Below are positions 23,818 to 31,682 of a stretch of 32,000 nucleotides of DNA, in pieces (position 1 is the stretch's first letter; each line of letters begins with the position of its first letter). This stretch comes from Ruminococcus albus 7 = DSM 20455. GTDB taxonomy: Bacteria > Bacillota > Clostridia > Oscillospirales > Ruminococcaceae. A model generated the notes under the pieces. The model was not told the DNA's origin and searched no databases. It worked only from the letters and a program-made list of their open reading frames with translations. The stretch is from positions 1 through 32,000 of the forward strand of contig NC_014824.1 of the NCBI RefSeq assembly GCF_000179635.2, in the 5' to 3' direction. Both the position numbers and the translations under genes were made by a program.

Positions 23818-24696
23818 ATGTATTACGCTATTTTTTTCGCCGGATTATCTGTTATACTGATATTTCTCGCAGTTATAATAAATGTTAGGGAAAAGAAAAA
23901 TATCATAAATAAAAAAGATGCTGATTTTATTGATATTTTTATAGAAAAGAAAAAACAGTATCTAGCGTCAATTCCCGGTGCAATGTCGATCAAAACATAT
24001 TTGATTTTGATGTTATTTTTCCCTTTGACCGGTTCTGTTGGGGCATGGTTCTTGAGTAAAGAGTTGTGGCTTTCGATCATTATCTTTTTTGTCGGTCTGT
24101 TTATTCCGAAATTTATAGTAAGCTATACTGAAAAAAAGCATAAGAAAAATTTTGAAGAGAGATACGCAAGAGCATTACGTCAATTATCCAGCTCTTTAAG
24201 AGCCGGAATGACGTTACAGCAGGCTGTGGAAGATCTCTGTAAATGTCCGTTTATCCATTATGAGATAAAAAAAGAATTCAGACAGATAAATTCGGATATT
24301 CAGCTTGGATTCTCAATATCAGAAGCTTTTGGACACATGGCGGAAAGGATACCGACCGCTGATGTAAAAGATGTTGTTTCTGCGATCAAGATGCAAAGTT
24401 TGGTAGGCGGATCTGAAGCGGAATCAATAGAGATCATAACAAATAACATAAACTCCAGAATGATGCTTCGCAAAGAAATAAAAACCTTGTTTGCAAGCAC
24501 TAAAATGACAATAATAGGAATGGATATTCTTCCAGCTATTATTATATTATTTCTGTATTACTCTTCCCCAATGTATTTTAGACCTTTGTTTTCAACGCTT
24601 ATAGGGCGTTTGGTCTTTGTACTTGCTATCATCTTAATGGTGATCGGAAGCTACATTGACAGAAAATTCCTAAATCGAGTAAAGGGGGTAGATTAA
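23818..24696 (+). CDS. tadB: TadB-like inner-membrane platform protein (T2SSF domain), 292 aa
   Basis: N-terminal TM, a cytoplasmic T2SSF-like stretch LRQLSSSLRAGMTLQQAVEDL and C-terminal TMs. It follows tadA. Confidence 0.75.
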   Translation: MYYAIFFAGLSVILIFLAVIINVREKKNIINKKDADFIDIFIEKKKQYLASIPGAMSIKTYLILMLFFPLTGSVGAWFLSKELWLSIIIFFVGLFIPKFIVSYTEKKHKKNFEERYARALRQLSSSLRAGMTLQQAVEDLCKCPFIHYEIKKEFRQINSDIQLGFSISEAFGHMAERIPTADVKDVVSAIKMQSLVGGSEAESIEIITNNINSRMMLRKEIKTLFASTKMTIIGMDILPAIIILFLYYSSPMYFRPLFSTLIGRLVFVLAIILMVIGSYIDRKFLNRVKGVD

Positions 24697-25557
24697 ATGG
24701 AGTTTGCTATTGCTCTTTTTACAGGCGTAACTGTTTTTCTTCTTATTTTACTTGTAGCGACGTTTTTATCAACAGAAAATGTAGCGCTCATAAGTAAAGA
24801 AAAACTTACCGTAGAGCACTTATGCAGCAAGATAATAAAGAAGGAACCTGAAGTACTGGCAGATAAGCTGGGGATTCAGACCGATAAGTATATGTTCAAC
24901 TGCAATCTTATCGGAGTTGAGCCTAATCTCGATAAACTGATAATTACGAGAATACTGGCTGTGACCATTGCTGTTCTGGGAATCCTGATAGCTTTTCTTA
25001 TCAATACTCCTCTAATATCTTTGCTTATCGGATTAGCAACAGCTGTAATTACGATATTGGTGTTTATCTCACCAACGGCTACAATTAATGACCGTGCTCA
25101 AAAGAAGAAAGCTCAGTTTGAATCCGAGATACCGCGTTTTTTGGATCTGTTTCAGACAGCAATAAAAATAAATCTACCCGTTGCAACGGCCATTAAAATA
25201 ACAGCCGAAAGTATTGATGGAATCTTATCGGAGGAGCTTTTAAGAGCACTTGTTGTGACAGAGCTTGGAACAAGCAACTGGCAGGATTCTTTGTATGATA
25301 TAGCACAAAAATACGAAGTGGACAGCTTTTCGGATTTTGTTCTTGACATCGTTACTGCTTTTCAAAAAGGTTCGGATATAACCGAATCTGTAGAGAGACA
25401 AAGCAGAAGTATAAAATCATCGACATTACTCAGTGCAAAAGAGCAAGCAGCTAAAACTACAAGCTTGATACTGATACCTGTTGTGGTGTTCAAAATGATA
25501 CCGCTGATGATAATTTTATTTTTACCTGTCATCATGCAAATACTTAATGGGATGTAA
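24697..25557 (+). CDS. tadC: TadC-like inner-membrane platform protein (T2SSF domain), 286 aa
   Basis: The ATG abuts the tadB TAA. Topology is TM - cytoplasmic helical domain (IPRFLDLFQTAIKINLPVATAIKI) - TMs. It is paired with tadB, as in canonical Tad loci. Confidence 0.7.
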   Translation: MEFAIALFTGVTVFLLILLVATFLSTENVALISKEKLTVEHLCSKIIKKEPEVLADKLGIQTDKYMFNCNLIGVEPNLDKLIITRILAVTIAVLGILIAFLINTPLISLLIGLATAVITILVFISPTATINDRAQKKKAQFESEIPRFLDLFQTAIKINLPVATAIKITAESIDGILSEELLRALVVTELGTSNWQDSLYDIAQKYEVDSFSDFVLDIVTAFQKGSDITESVERQSRSIKSSTLLSAKEQAAKTTSLILIPVVVFKMIPLMIILFLPVIMQILNGM

Positions 25558-25574
25558 AAAATTTTTTATTTTCA

Positions 25575-25591
25575 AAATTTTCTGCTATAAT
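25575..25591 (+). promoter_or_regulatory. Recurrent promoter motif copy P8 (AAATTTTCTGCTATAAT), pilin operon
   Basis: Perfect consensus copy 49 nt upstream of the flp ATG. No hairpin terminator lies between tadC and this site. Confidence 0.6.
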
Positions 25592-25639
25592 AAATAGGGA
25601 AACCTTTATAACATATAATTTTCAAAAGGAGAGATTATA

Positions 25640-25900
25640 ATGAAAGATTACGCAAAAAGATTTTTTAACGAAGAAGAAGGAGAGGAAGGTGCTGAATTCC
25701 TCGAATACGCAGTTATTATAGGTCTGTCGGCTATACTTATAGCTGTAATAATTGTTGTAGTTATGGTCGTAAAATACAAGGGTTTAAAATCTGCCAAAAA
25801 AATCGATGAAGCAGGCAATGACTCTACTGCTGTAGATTGGGATGCTGCTCTCGGAGACAAAGACAAGGAAGTAAACGATGCCTTGAAGAATCTGGATTGA
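25640..25900 (+). CDS. flp: Flp-family (type IVc) prepilin, 86 aa
   Basis: AAAGGAGAG RBS. The leader MKDYAKRFFNEEEGEEG is followed by AEFLEYAVIIGLSAILIAVIIVVVMVV, which gives the Flp processing motif G/XXXXEY and then a hydrophobic helix. Confidence 0.75.
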   Translation: MKDYAKRFFNEEEGEEGAEFLEYAVIIGLSAILIAVIIVVVMVVKYKGLKSAKKIDEAGNDSTAVDWDAALGDKDKEVNDALKNLD

Positions 25901-25904
25901 TAAT

Positions 25905-26417
25905 ATGTATATCCTCAGGACTGTAATAGCCGCCGTCATATGTTTGGCGGCGGCTATATTCGATTATAAAACTACAAAGATACCAAATAAATTCATTTTC
26001 CCCGTTATTATATTGAGTTTTATTTTTTCTCTTATTTGCTACCCTTTGATAAATACCGGATTTTCGGTTTTATTTGTCGTACTTCTGTTCTTTTTTGGAA
26101 TGACAGGATGGATGGGTTTGGGAGATATAAAGCTGTTAATGGCTTTGTCTTTAATAGGAACATGGAAGATGGGGTTATTTACATTTGCGCTTTCATCAAT
26201 TTATCTGATGATCTTCGGTTTCTTGGTTTCTCCATATGAAACAGGATTCTATGCAAAAAAAATGCTGAATAGATTCAAATTAAAAAAAGAACCATTATAT
26301 AAAAAATCGACCAAATACAAATTTGCGCCGTTTATAATGCTTGGAGCATTGTCATACTCGATAATTTTTGATCCGGCGGGACCGATTCATTTCGAGGTGT
26401 TCGGAGGATTTTTATGA
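25905..26417 (+). CDS. tadV: Prepilin peptidase, A24 family, TadV/CpaA type (no methyltransferase domain), 170 aa
   Basis: Polytopic membrane protein with the two catalytic Asp contexts FDYKTTKIPN and GLGDIKLLMAL. Confidence 0.8.
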   Translation: MYILRTVIAAVICLAAAIFDYKTTKIPNKFIFPVIILSFIFSLICYPLINTGFSVLFVVLLFFFGMTGWMGLGDIKLLMALSLIGTWKMGLFTFALSSIYLMIFGFLVSPYETGFYAKKMLNRFKLKKEPLYKKSTKYKFAPFIMLGALSYSIIFDPAGPIHFEVFGGFL

Positions 26418-26920
26418 AATTAAAGATAATCAAAAGATTTTTTCGTTCAGGTAACGGAGAACTCCTGGGATTCGTTATTTGTATGCCATTATTCGTCTGG
26501 CTGCTTATGCTGTTAGTTTCGATAGCACAGTTATCTATCACCAAAGAACAGATCACGTATCTGGCATATGCTGCCGGCAGAGCTGCAGTTGTCTCCGAAA
26601 ATGCAAATGACGCGCTTAATAACGCCCAGGCAGTTGTGGATGAGTCATCAAATCTTTCAGGATTCAGCAACGTAAACGTTGATATCCTGTTTAATGGCGA
26701 ACCTATAACGGAAAGCAATATAAATTCGATCTCATGGCAAAAAGGGGAGTATATAGTAGTTAGGCTAACGTATACAACAGATTCCCTTATCAGCGGTGCT
26801 ATTCCTTTCTCTGATGAAGAGATCGATATGAATGGAACAAGAGAAATGCTTATGGTTATGATGATCGAACGCCCTGTTCCTAATGACCCGTATACAAGCG
26901 AATGGACTAATTTATCGTAA
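26414..26920 (+). CDS. tadE: TadE-like pseudopilin, 168 aa
   Basis: ATGA start/stop overlap with tadV, GGAGGA RBS. The N-terminus RSGNGELLGFVICMPLFVWLLMLLV fits the TadE/TadG N-terminal motif. Confidence 0.6.
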   Translation: MKLKIIKRFFRSGNGELLGFVICMPLFVWLLMLLVSIAQLSITKEQITYLAYAAGRAAVVSENANDALNNAQAVVDESSNLSGFSNVNVDILFNGEPITESNINSISWQKGEYIVVRLTYTTDSLISGAIPFSDEEIDMNGTREMLMVMMIERPVPNDPYTSEWTNLS

Positions 26921-26933
26921 CGGAGGTCTTTTT

Positions 26934-28307
26934 ATGAAACTATCTTTCTTTAAAAAAGGTAATGGAGCTTCTATGATAGGAATGGTCATTATTTTTGGAA
27001 CATTTGTTTTTATCATGATCCTTATTGATCATTTTAATCGATTCAATGCTGTAATAGAAACACAGACAAAAACAGATGCTATTGCTGACGCTATGGCTGT
27101 TGCAGCTAATGATGGGAGCGGTGTGCCGAATTTATACAGAATTTCTAAAGTCAGACACCAAATGACTCAGAAATATATAACTGCGGATTATAAATCCGGA
27201 GAACACGGTATAATGACACCTATCGTGACTCCCGGTCTTACAAGTCCTTTTACAAAAATAAAATCCATAAAATTCAATGAAGAATGGGCTCTTGGAAAAG
27301 AGATAGATCCGCTGAACGAAACTGATAAATACCTTGAAAGTCTGGGAGTAAAAAGCAACGATAAAATACTGTATGTTACAGCGGAAGGCGAAACTCCTTT
27401 TATAAATGCTGATTATCATAAAACTGACAGTGAGGATACTTCGTGGGATTACATATATACCCATGCAACGAATGTCACCAGGATGCTTACATCCAATGAT
27501 GCCCTTATGCAGCAAAAGTTTCCGCTTGACGCATATATAAGAGCAAGACCTACGTACATGAACGGCGATGAAAACAAAGATACTTATTGCGAAAATCCAA
27601 CATTTCCATTGCCGACGTCGGATTATCTCAGAGACGTTACTCAGTTTGAAGTAGAACTTTCTAACAGATACAAGGCAAGCCAGAATATATCGGGTGATCC
27701 GCCGTATACCAGAGAAGCGATTTTTATGTGGGATGTAACATGCGCACTCGGATGTGAGATACCGTGCTACTACAATAAATTCACAGGAGAGCCCTGGCAG
27801 GCTGTATCTGAGGGAAATGAACAGAATTATGACGGAGTTATCCTTTCAAATGGAGCTACTTCTGCTGATATGAGTAAAGTTTACGATCAGCCGGAAGGTT
27901 ACTACACGTTTGTAAAAAACTACTTCTTCCATATTCACAGTGCTGTTTTCCCTACAGACGAAGAATATATAGGCTGTGACAAGTACAATAACTGGCGCTT
28001 AACAGCAAGAGACGGTTCTGATGCGGATACATGTAGAAGGATCCAGATTCAGGCTAATCTCGGATATCCAACAATAATGGTATTCACAAACGGTCAAAAC
28101 TGGGTCGTTCTTCCCGAGGCAAGCACCGTTGATGATGATGTGGATTATGAAGTATCTGATGGAAGCAGAGGCGTTTATATTTCAGCAGCTTCAAATGCTA
28201 CCGAAGAAGAAGCTGCTGCAACGAATGTCTTAAAAAAGAATGTAAATGCTGGATACAGAGTACCTAACGGAAATTATCTTGCTATCACATACAAACCGTT
28301 ACAGTAA
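26934..28307 (+). CDS. TadG-like pilus-associated protein with a large Cys-containing extracellular domain, 457 aa
   Basis: Start refined to ATG 26934 (GGAGG at 26922-26926). The N-terminus KKGNGASMIGMVIIFGTFVFIMILID...TDAIADAMAVAA resembles the TadG-like N-terminal domain. The rest was not recognised. Confidence 0.5.
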   Translation: MKLSFFKKGNGASMIGMVIIFGTFVFIMILIDHFNRFNAVIETQTKTDAIADAMAVAANDGSGVPNLYRISKVRHQMTQKYITADYKSGEHGIMTPIVTPGLTSPFTKIKSIKFNEEWALGKEIDPLNETDKYLESLGVKSNDKILYVTAEGETPFINADYHKTDSEDTSWDYIYTHATNVTRMLTSNDALMQQKFPLDAYIRARPTYMNGDENKDTYCENPTFPLPTSDYLRDVTQFEVELSNRYKASQNISGDPPYTREAIFMWDVTCALGCEIPCYYNKFTGEPWQAVSEGNEQNYDGVILSNGATSADMSKVYDQPEGYYTFVKNYFFHIHSAVFPTDEEYIGCDKYNNWRLTARDGSDADTCRRIQIQANLGYPTIMVFTNGQNWVVLPEASTVDDDVDYEVSDGSRGVYISAASNATEEEAAATNVLKKNVNAGYRVPNGNYLAITYKPLQ

Positions 28308-28323
28308 GGAGTTGAAAATTAAG

Positions 28324-30117
28324 ATGATAAAGAAGTTCTCGGCTTCGGTACTTGCACTGATAATCATGTTTCAGTGTTCCGCATCAATTTCCGCCGCGCC
28401 CAAGACTTACCAAAAAGGAGCGAGTCTTACTTTTACGTGGGCGGGATCTGGAGCTCATGGAGGACAGGATTATCACATGGAAGCTGTAGACAATAGCGGT
28501 AATCCGACTATTATCTGTTCCAATAACGATGGAATAGTGAACTACTTCAGCGGCACAAAAAAGTATATAGACTGGAAAAATCTCGGATACGGGATAGACG
28601 ATGATTTTGTTTGTCATCCTCGCACTCCCGATTACGCAAATGAAGATTTTCTGAATGGTTTGGGCAATTTCGGCTATTTCCCGGAGTTTTCTAATTACAG
28701 AGTACCTATAAATGAAGTAAGGAACTCTATGAACGAAATGTACGCTACTTTTGGTGATTACGGTACTGAAATATGCACCGGAATGCCTGATTATGATGCT
28801 TATTATCTTAACGGACAGGCAATGAATATTAATAATCAGGATTTCATGGCTAATCAGTCAAACGGATTTAATCATTCACAACAAGAATGGACAGGCTCAA
28901 AAGCGCGTTTCATGATCGGTGAAAAAGCCTACAATTCTTTAGCAGAAATGTATCTCGATGCCAACGATGAACAGAGAAGAAAGATAGAAGAACTGATAGA
29001 AAAAGGTCTTACTGAATCGGATGTTGCACCTGAAAAAGTGGAAGCTGTGTTGAATTGGCTCAGGACGATAGCAGAACTGGATGCGGAGGGAAGAATTCGT
29101 TATTTTACTCCTGTAAATGCGACATACTTCACTGAAGCCCCTGACGGCCTATCAGGAGAGGAGATACAGCAGAGATTTATTGACTGGTGTAATGCTCATG
29201 CTTACGATTATGAAGCTCTTGGCTGGAATCTTGACGATAGTGCTACATGGCCAATTGGCATTGATATCGACGGCACGATGGTGCTTAATGTCGGTAATAT
29301 AGAGTTTTTCAATAATTCTGTAATTAATCTTACTCCATTTGATTATTTGAGGATATCTGACCGAATAGCGTGGTTTGAAAGTTTGATGGATGTTTTTGAG
29401 ACCGCCGGAGCAGAAACCGTAGATGTCACAAGAGTTTTGGACAGAAAAATAACGACCTTATGGATAGGTACTTCCTCATACGATAAGCTCTATAATATGT
29501 ATACATGGACAATAGAGAAGGCAGATGATGAAGGAGACGGTAAATACACCTTCCAGCCGTATGCGGGAACAATAGGTGCAAACGGTGATGTTGTGGGAGC
29601 AAACGGACAGTCATTTTCCTTCAGGCCCACATCAGAAGGTCATTACAGGATAACCTGTTACAGGAACTACAAGCCTACCATCTGTAATAAAGTCGCCGTT
29701 AATTTCTGTGAATACACGGTTTTATCCGATATAGGCGCTATCGTATTTTTTGATCATGACGGCTTTATGGCAGGAAATGTACAGAGAAATAACTATGATG
29801 GAGAAATCGACAGCGACAAGATAGTGAGTACATCAACTAAGAAGAATCCCGGAGTTGAAACAGTAGATGGAATAAGAAGGAATATAGACTACCAGGAAGA
29901 CTATACAGAAGGTGAGCTCAGAGCTCATGGTGATGTTAATCCTGATTGTGGAATGTTTCCTTCAGACGCAAATTCAAATCAGGCGTATTATCTGAGTCAA
30001 TACTCCTGCGTCTGGAATTTTTATATTTCCGATGCGGAAGTAGGAAAGACTATTTTCGATTTTGAAGACCCGGATAACGGCCTGAGAAAAGATTTTGACA
30101 CTGAAAGACTTGGATAA
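28324..30117 (+). CDS. Secreted protein of unknown function (candidate pilus-associated adhesin), 597 aa
   Basis: Start refined to ATG 28324 (AAGGAG at 28306-28311). Signal peptide MIKKFSASVLALIIMFQCSASISA/AP. Last gene of the pilin operon. No recognisable motif. Confidence 0.55.
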   Translation: MIKKFSASVLALIIMFQCSASISAAPKTYQKGASLTFTWAGSGAHGGQDYHMEAVDNSGNPTIICSNNDGIVNYFSGTKKYIDWKNLGYGIDDDFVCHPRTPDYANEDFLNGLGNFGYFPEFSNYRVPINEVRNSMNEMYATFGDYGTEICTGMPDYDAYYLNGQAMNINNQDFMANQSNGFNHSQQEWTGSKARFMIGEKAYNSLAEMYLDANDEQRRKIEELIEKGLTESDVAPEKVEAVLNWLRTIAELDAEGRIRYFTPVNATYFTEAPDGLSGEEIQQRFIDWCNAHAYDYEALGWNLDDSATWPIGIDIDGTMVLNVGNIEFFNNSVINLTPFDYLRISDRIAWFESLMDVFETAGAETVDVTRVLDRKITTLWIGTSSYDKLYNMYTWTIEKADDEGDGKYTFQPYAGTIGANGDVVGANGQSFSFRPTSEGHYRITCYRNYKPTICNKVAVNFCEYTVLSDIGAIVFFDHDGFMAGNVQRNNYDGEIDSDKIVSTSTKKNPGVETVDGIRRNIDYQEDYTEGELRAHGDVNPDCGMFPSDANSNQAYYLSQYSCVWNFYISDAEVGKTIFDFEDPDNGLRKDFDTERLG

Positions 30118-30144
30118 TAAAAGTATAAAGATTTAGGCATAAGT

Positions 30145-30180
30145 AAAGGACTGCTGCAATTTTTTGCAACAGTCCTTTTA
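30145..30180. terminator. Bidirectional rho-independent terminator between convergent genes
   Basis: Stem AAAGGACTGCTGCA / TGCAACAGTCCTTT (one mismatch) with a T-rich loop. T-runs lie downstream on + and, more weakly, on -. Confidence 0.75.
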
Positions 30181-30185
30181 ATTTT

Positions 30186-31091
30186 TTACGGTACATAAGG
30201 TATGTCTGAATATGAGAACGATTTAGCTATAGCCTTCATATCATCGAGATAATGGCTTTCATACTCAGAGCCTTTTTTTACATGTGCTATCATTTCTGTT
30301 CCGTTCGCCATCTGGAATAATGTGATGATCGTATCTACGTCTTCAATGTTACAATAATAATCATATGTGTAAATTACATAATCATCCGTCTTTTCATATT
30401 TAGCATTCTCTGTATTAACGCCTTCGTTATTGTTTTTGGTTCCCAAACGAAGCTGATTCGAATAAAAAATGTTCGAACTTCTTTCTGATTTTGATCGAGC
30501 AAATTCTTCAGTAAAATAATCCAGGTTATCATATCCGTTTGACTGCATCTCATAAGGAAGAAAAGAGATGGAACAATCGGCTATAACAGCCTGATCCTTT
30601 AATTTATCAGGACTAAACAGCATCGGTACTTCATTAAAATTAAGAGTCATATTATAATTTTCCGGGACATCAAATTTTATGCTTACACCTTCCCATGTAA
30701 ATGGTCCCTCGTAAAAATCGTAGTGGTTAACAGATTTCGGATCGCCATTTTTAGGAAACACCTGATTTGTTTCAAACGGACGGTATGATGTCGTTACTTT
30801 GGTGGTCGTTGTCGTTTCGGCCTTTGCTCCGATTTTTATTGTTCCATTTTCATGCTTTTTTGTATACTTATCCGGTATCTCTACAGGAGCAGTCGTAACA
30901 GGCTTTTCTTCCATTGTTTCTGAAGATATTATATCATCTTTCTCTTCTTCCGGAACACTCTCTTCTTTATTTGATACGGTTACAACCGCTTCATTTACTT
31001 TTTCATCATCATTCATACTGCTATCACTGCAAGACGCTAAAATTGTAGTGAGCATAACTGAGATTATAGCTGCAGAAATTATCTTTTTCAT
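30186..31091 (-). CDS. Lipoprotein with an acidic/Thr-rich linker, 301 aa
   Basis: Start refined to the second ATG (31091). The upstream ATGAGGAG supplies the GAGGAG RBS. Signal peptide MKKIISAAIISVMLTTILASC with lipobox L-A-S-C. It is the only minus-strand gene supported in the window. Confidence 0.7.
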   Translation of the reverse strand: MKKIISAAIISVMLTTILASCSDSSMNDDEKVNEAVVTVSNKEESVPEEEKDDIISSETMEEKPVTTAPVEIPDKYTKKHENGTIKIGAKAETTTTTKVTTSYRPFETNQVFPKNGDPKSVNHYDFYEGPFTWEGVSIKFDVPENYNMTLNFNEVPMLFSPDKLKDQAVIADCSISFLPYEMQSNGYDNLDYFTEEFARSKSERSSNIFYSNQLRLGTKNNNEGVNTENAKYEKTDDYVIYTYDYYCNIEDVDTIITLFQMANGTEMIAHVKKGSEYESHYLDDMKAIAKSFSYSDIPYVP

Positions 31092-31180
31092 TTTTTGTAT
31101 TCTCCTCATTAAAATTTCTATTATTATTTATTTTAACACGTTAACTCCATTATGTCAATGTATTTCCGATTCTTATTTAT

Positions 31181-31197
31181 ATTATAGCAGATTATTT
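31181..31197 (-). promoter_or_regulatory. Degenerate copy of the promoter motif on the minus strand (AAATAATCTGCTATAAT)
   Basis: The reverse complement of 31181-31197 carries the extended -10 TGCTATAAT. It lies about 90 nt upstream of the minus-strand lipoprotein start. Confidence 0.45.
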
Positions 31198-31390
31198 CAA
31201 ATTTTAAAAATTTCGTATAGTGCAATTTCCACTACAAAAATAATTTTGTTTTGACGCTCAACAAAAAGAACAAATGTTTACAGTGAAATCCGTACAAACG
31301 GACAGTTAATATGTTATAATGTGAAAAAGCAAAAATCAAGCACTTAGCGTAATTAAAATAAATACTTTTATCTTTTGTTTTTATCTGTTT

Positions 31391-31407
31391 CAGTTTTCTT
31401 CTATAAT
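31391..31407 (+). promoter_or_regulatory. Recurrent promoter motif copy P9 (CAGTTTTCTTCTATAAT)
   Basis: Motif match. The -10 end is 40 nt from ATG 31447. Confidence 0.5.
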
Positions 31408-31446
31408 TCATTTAGAATTGTTGATCGAAAACTGGAGGTGATAAAA

Positions 31447-31662
31447 ATGATTAACAGATCACAAAGAGTAATACTGATGAAAAAACTGTCAAACTACTAT
31501 CAGACTGAAAAAGTCAGTTCCGAAAAGAAAAAAGAATTATCAGCATCATTGCTGGATGATAATGATATTAGATTACATAAGCTCATTATGGAGTTGGAGC
31601 CCGTAACTGATATTGGTAAATTGATGCTGGATGAAATTTTTAAGGCAATTCAAATAGGATAA
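31447..31662 (+). CDS. Small hypothetical protein, 71 aa
   Basis: Start refined to ATG 31447 (TGGAGGTG RBS at 31433-31440). The track start at 31375 would include the promoter. No recognisable domain. Confidence 0.4.
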   Translation: MINRSQRVILMKKLSNYYQTEKVSSEKKKELSASLLDDNDIRLHKLIMELEPVTDIGKLMLDEIFKAIQIG

Positions 31663-31682
31663 CATAAGGAGGAACATAAAAA

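Noticed and set aside
23685-26239. Internal out-of-frame + strand ORFs (23685-23888 and 26036-26239)
   Set aside because: They are nested in or overlap tadA/tadB and tadV, whose frames carry diagnostic motifs. They have no independent translation signals.
30799-31254. 151-aa + strand ORF overlapping the minus-strand lipoprotein gene
   Set aside because: It is antisense to a gene with a textbook lipoprotein signal and RBS. It would start without an RBS, and it is a low-complexity mirror of the Thr/Glu-rich linker.
2232-31446. Longer N-terminal extensions proposed by the ORF track (starts at 2232, 4414, 5959, 6851, 11022, 15027, 20822, 26883, 28246 and 31375, and 31109 on the minus strand)
   Set aside because: In each case a downstream ATG or TTG has a GGAGG-type RBS at 6-10 nt. 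The extension also either overlaps the upstream gene or runs through a terminator or promoter motif. The 4414 start, for example, crosses the 4468-4498 hairpin and P2.
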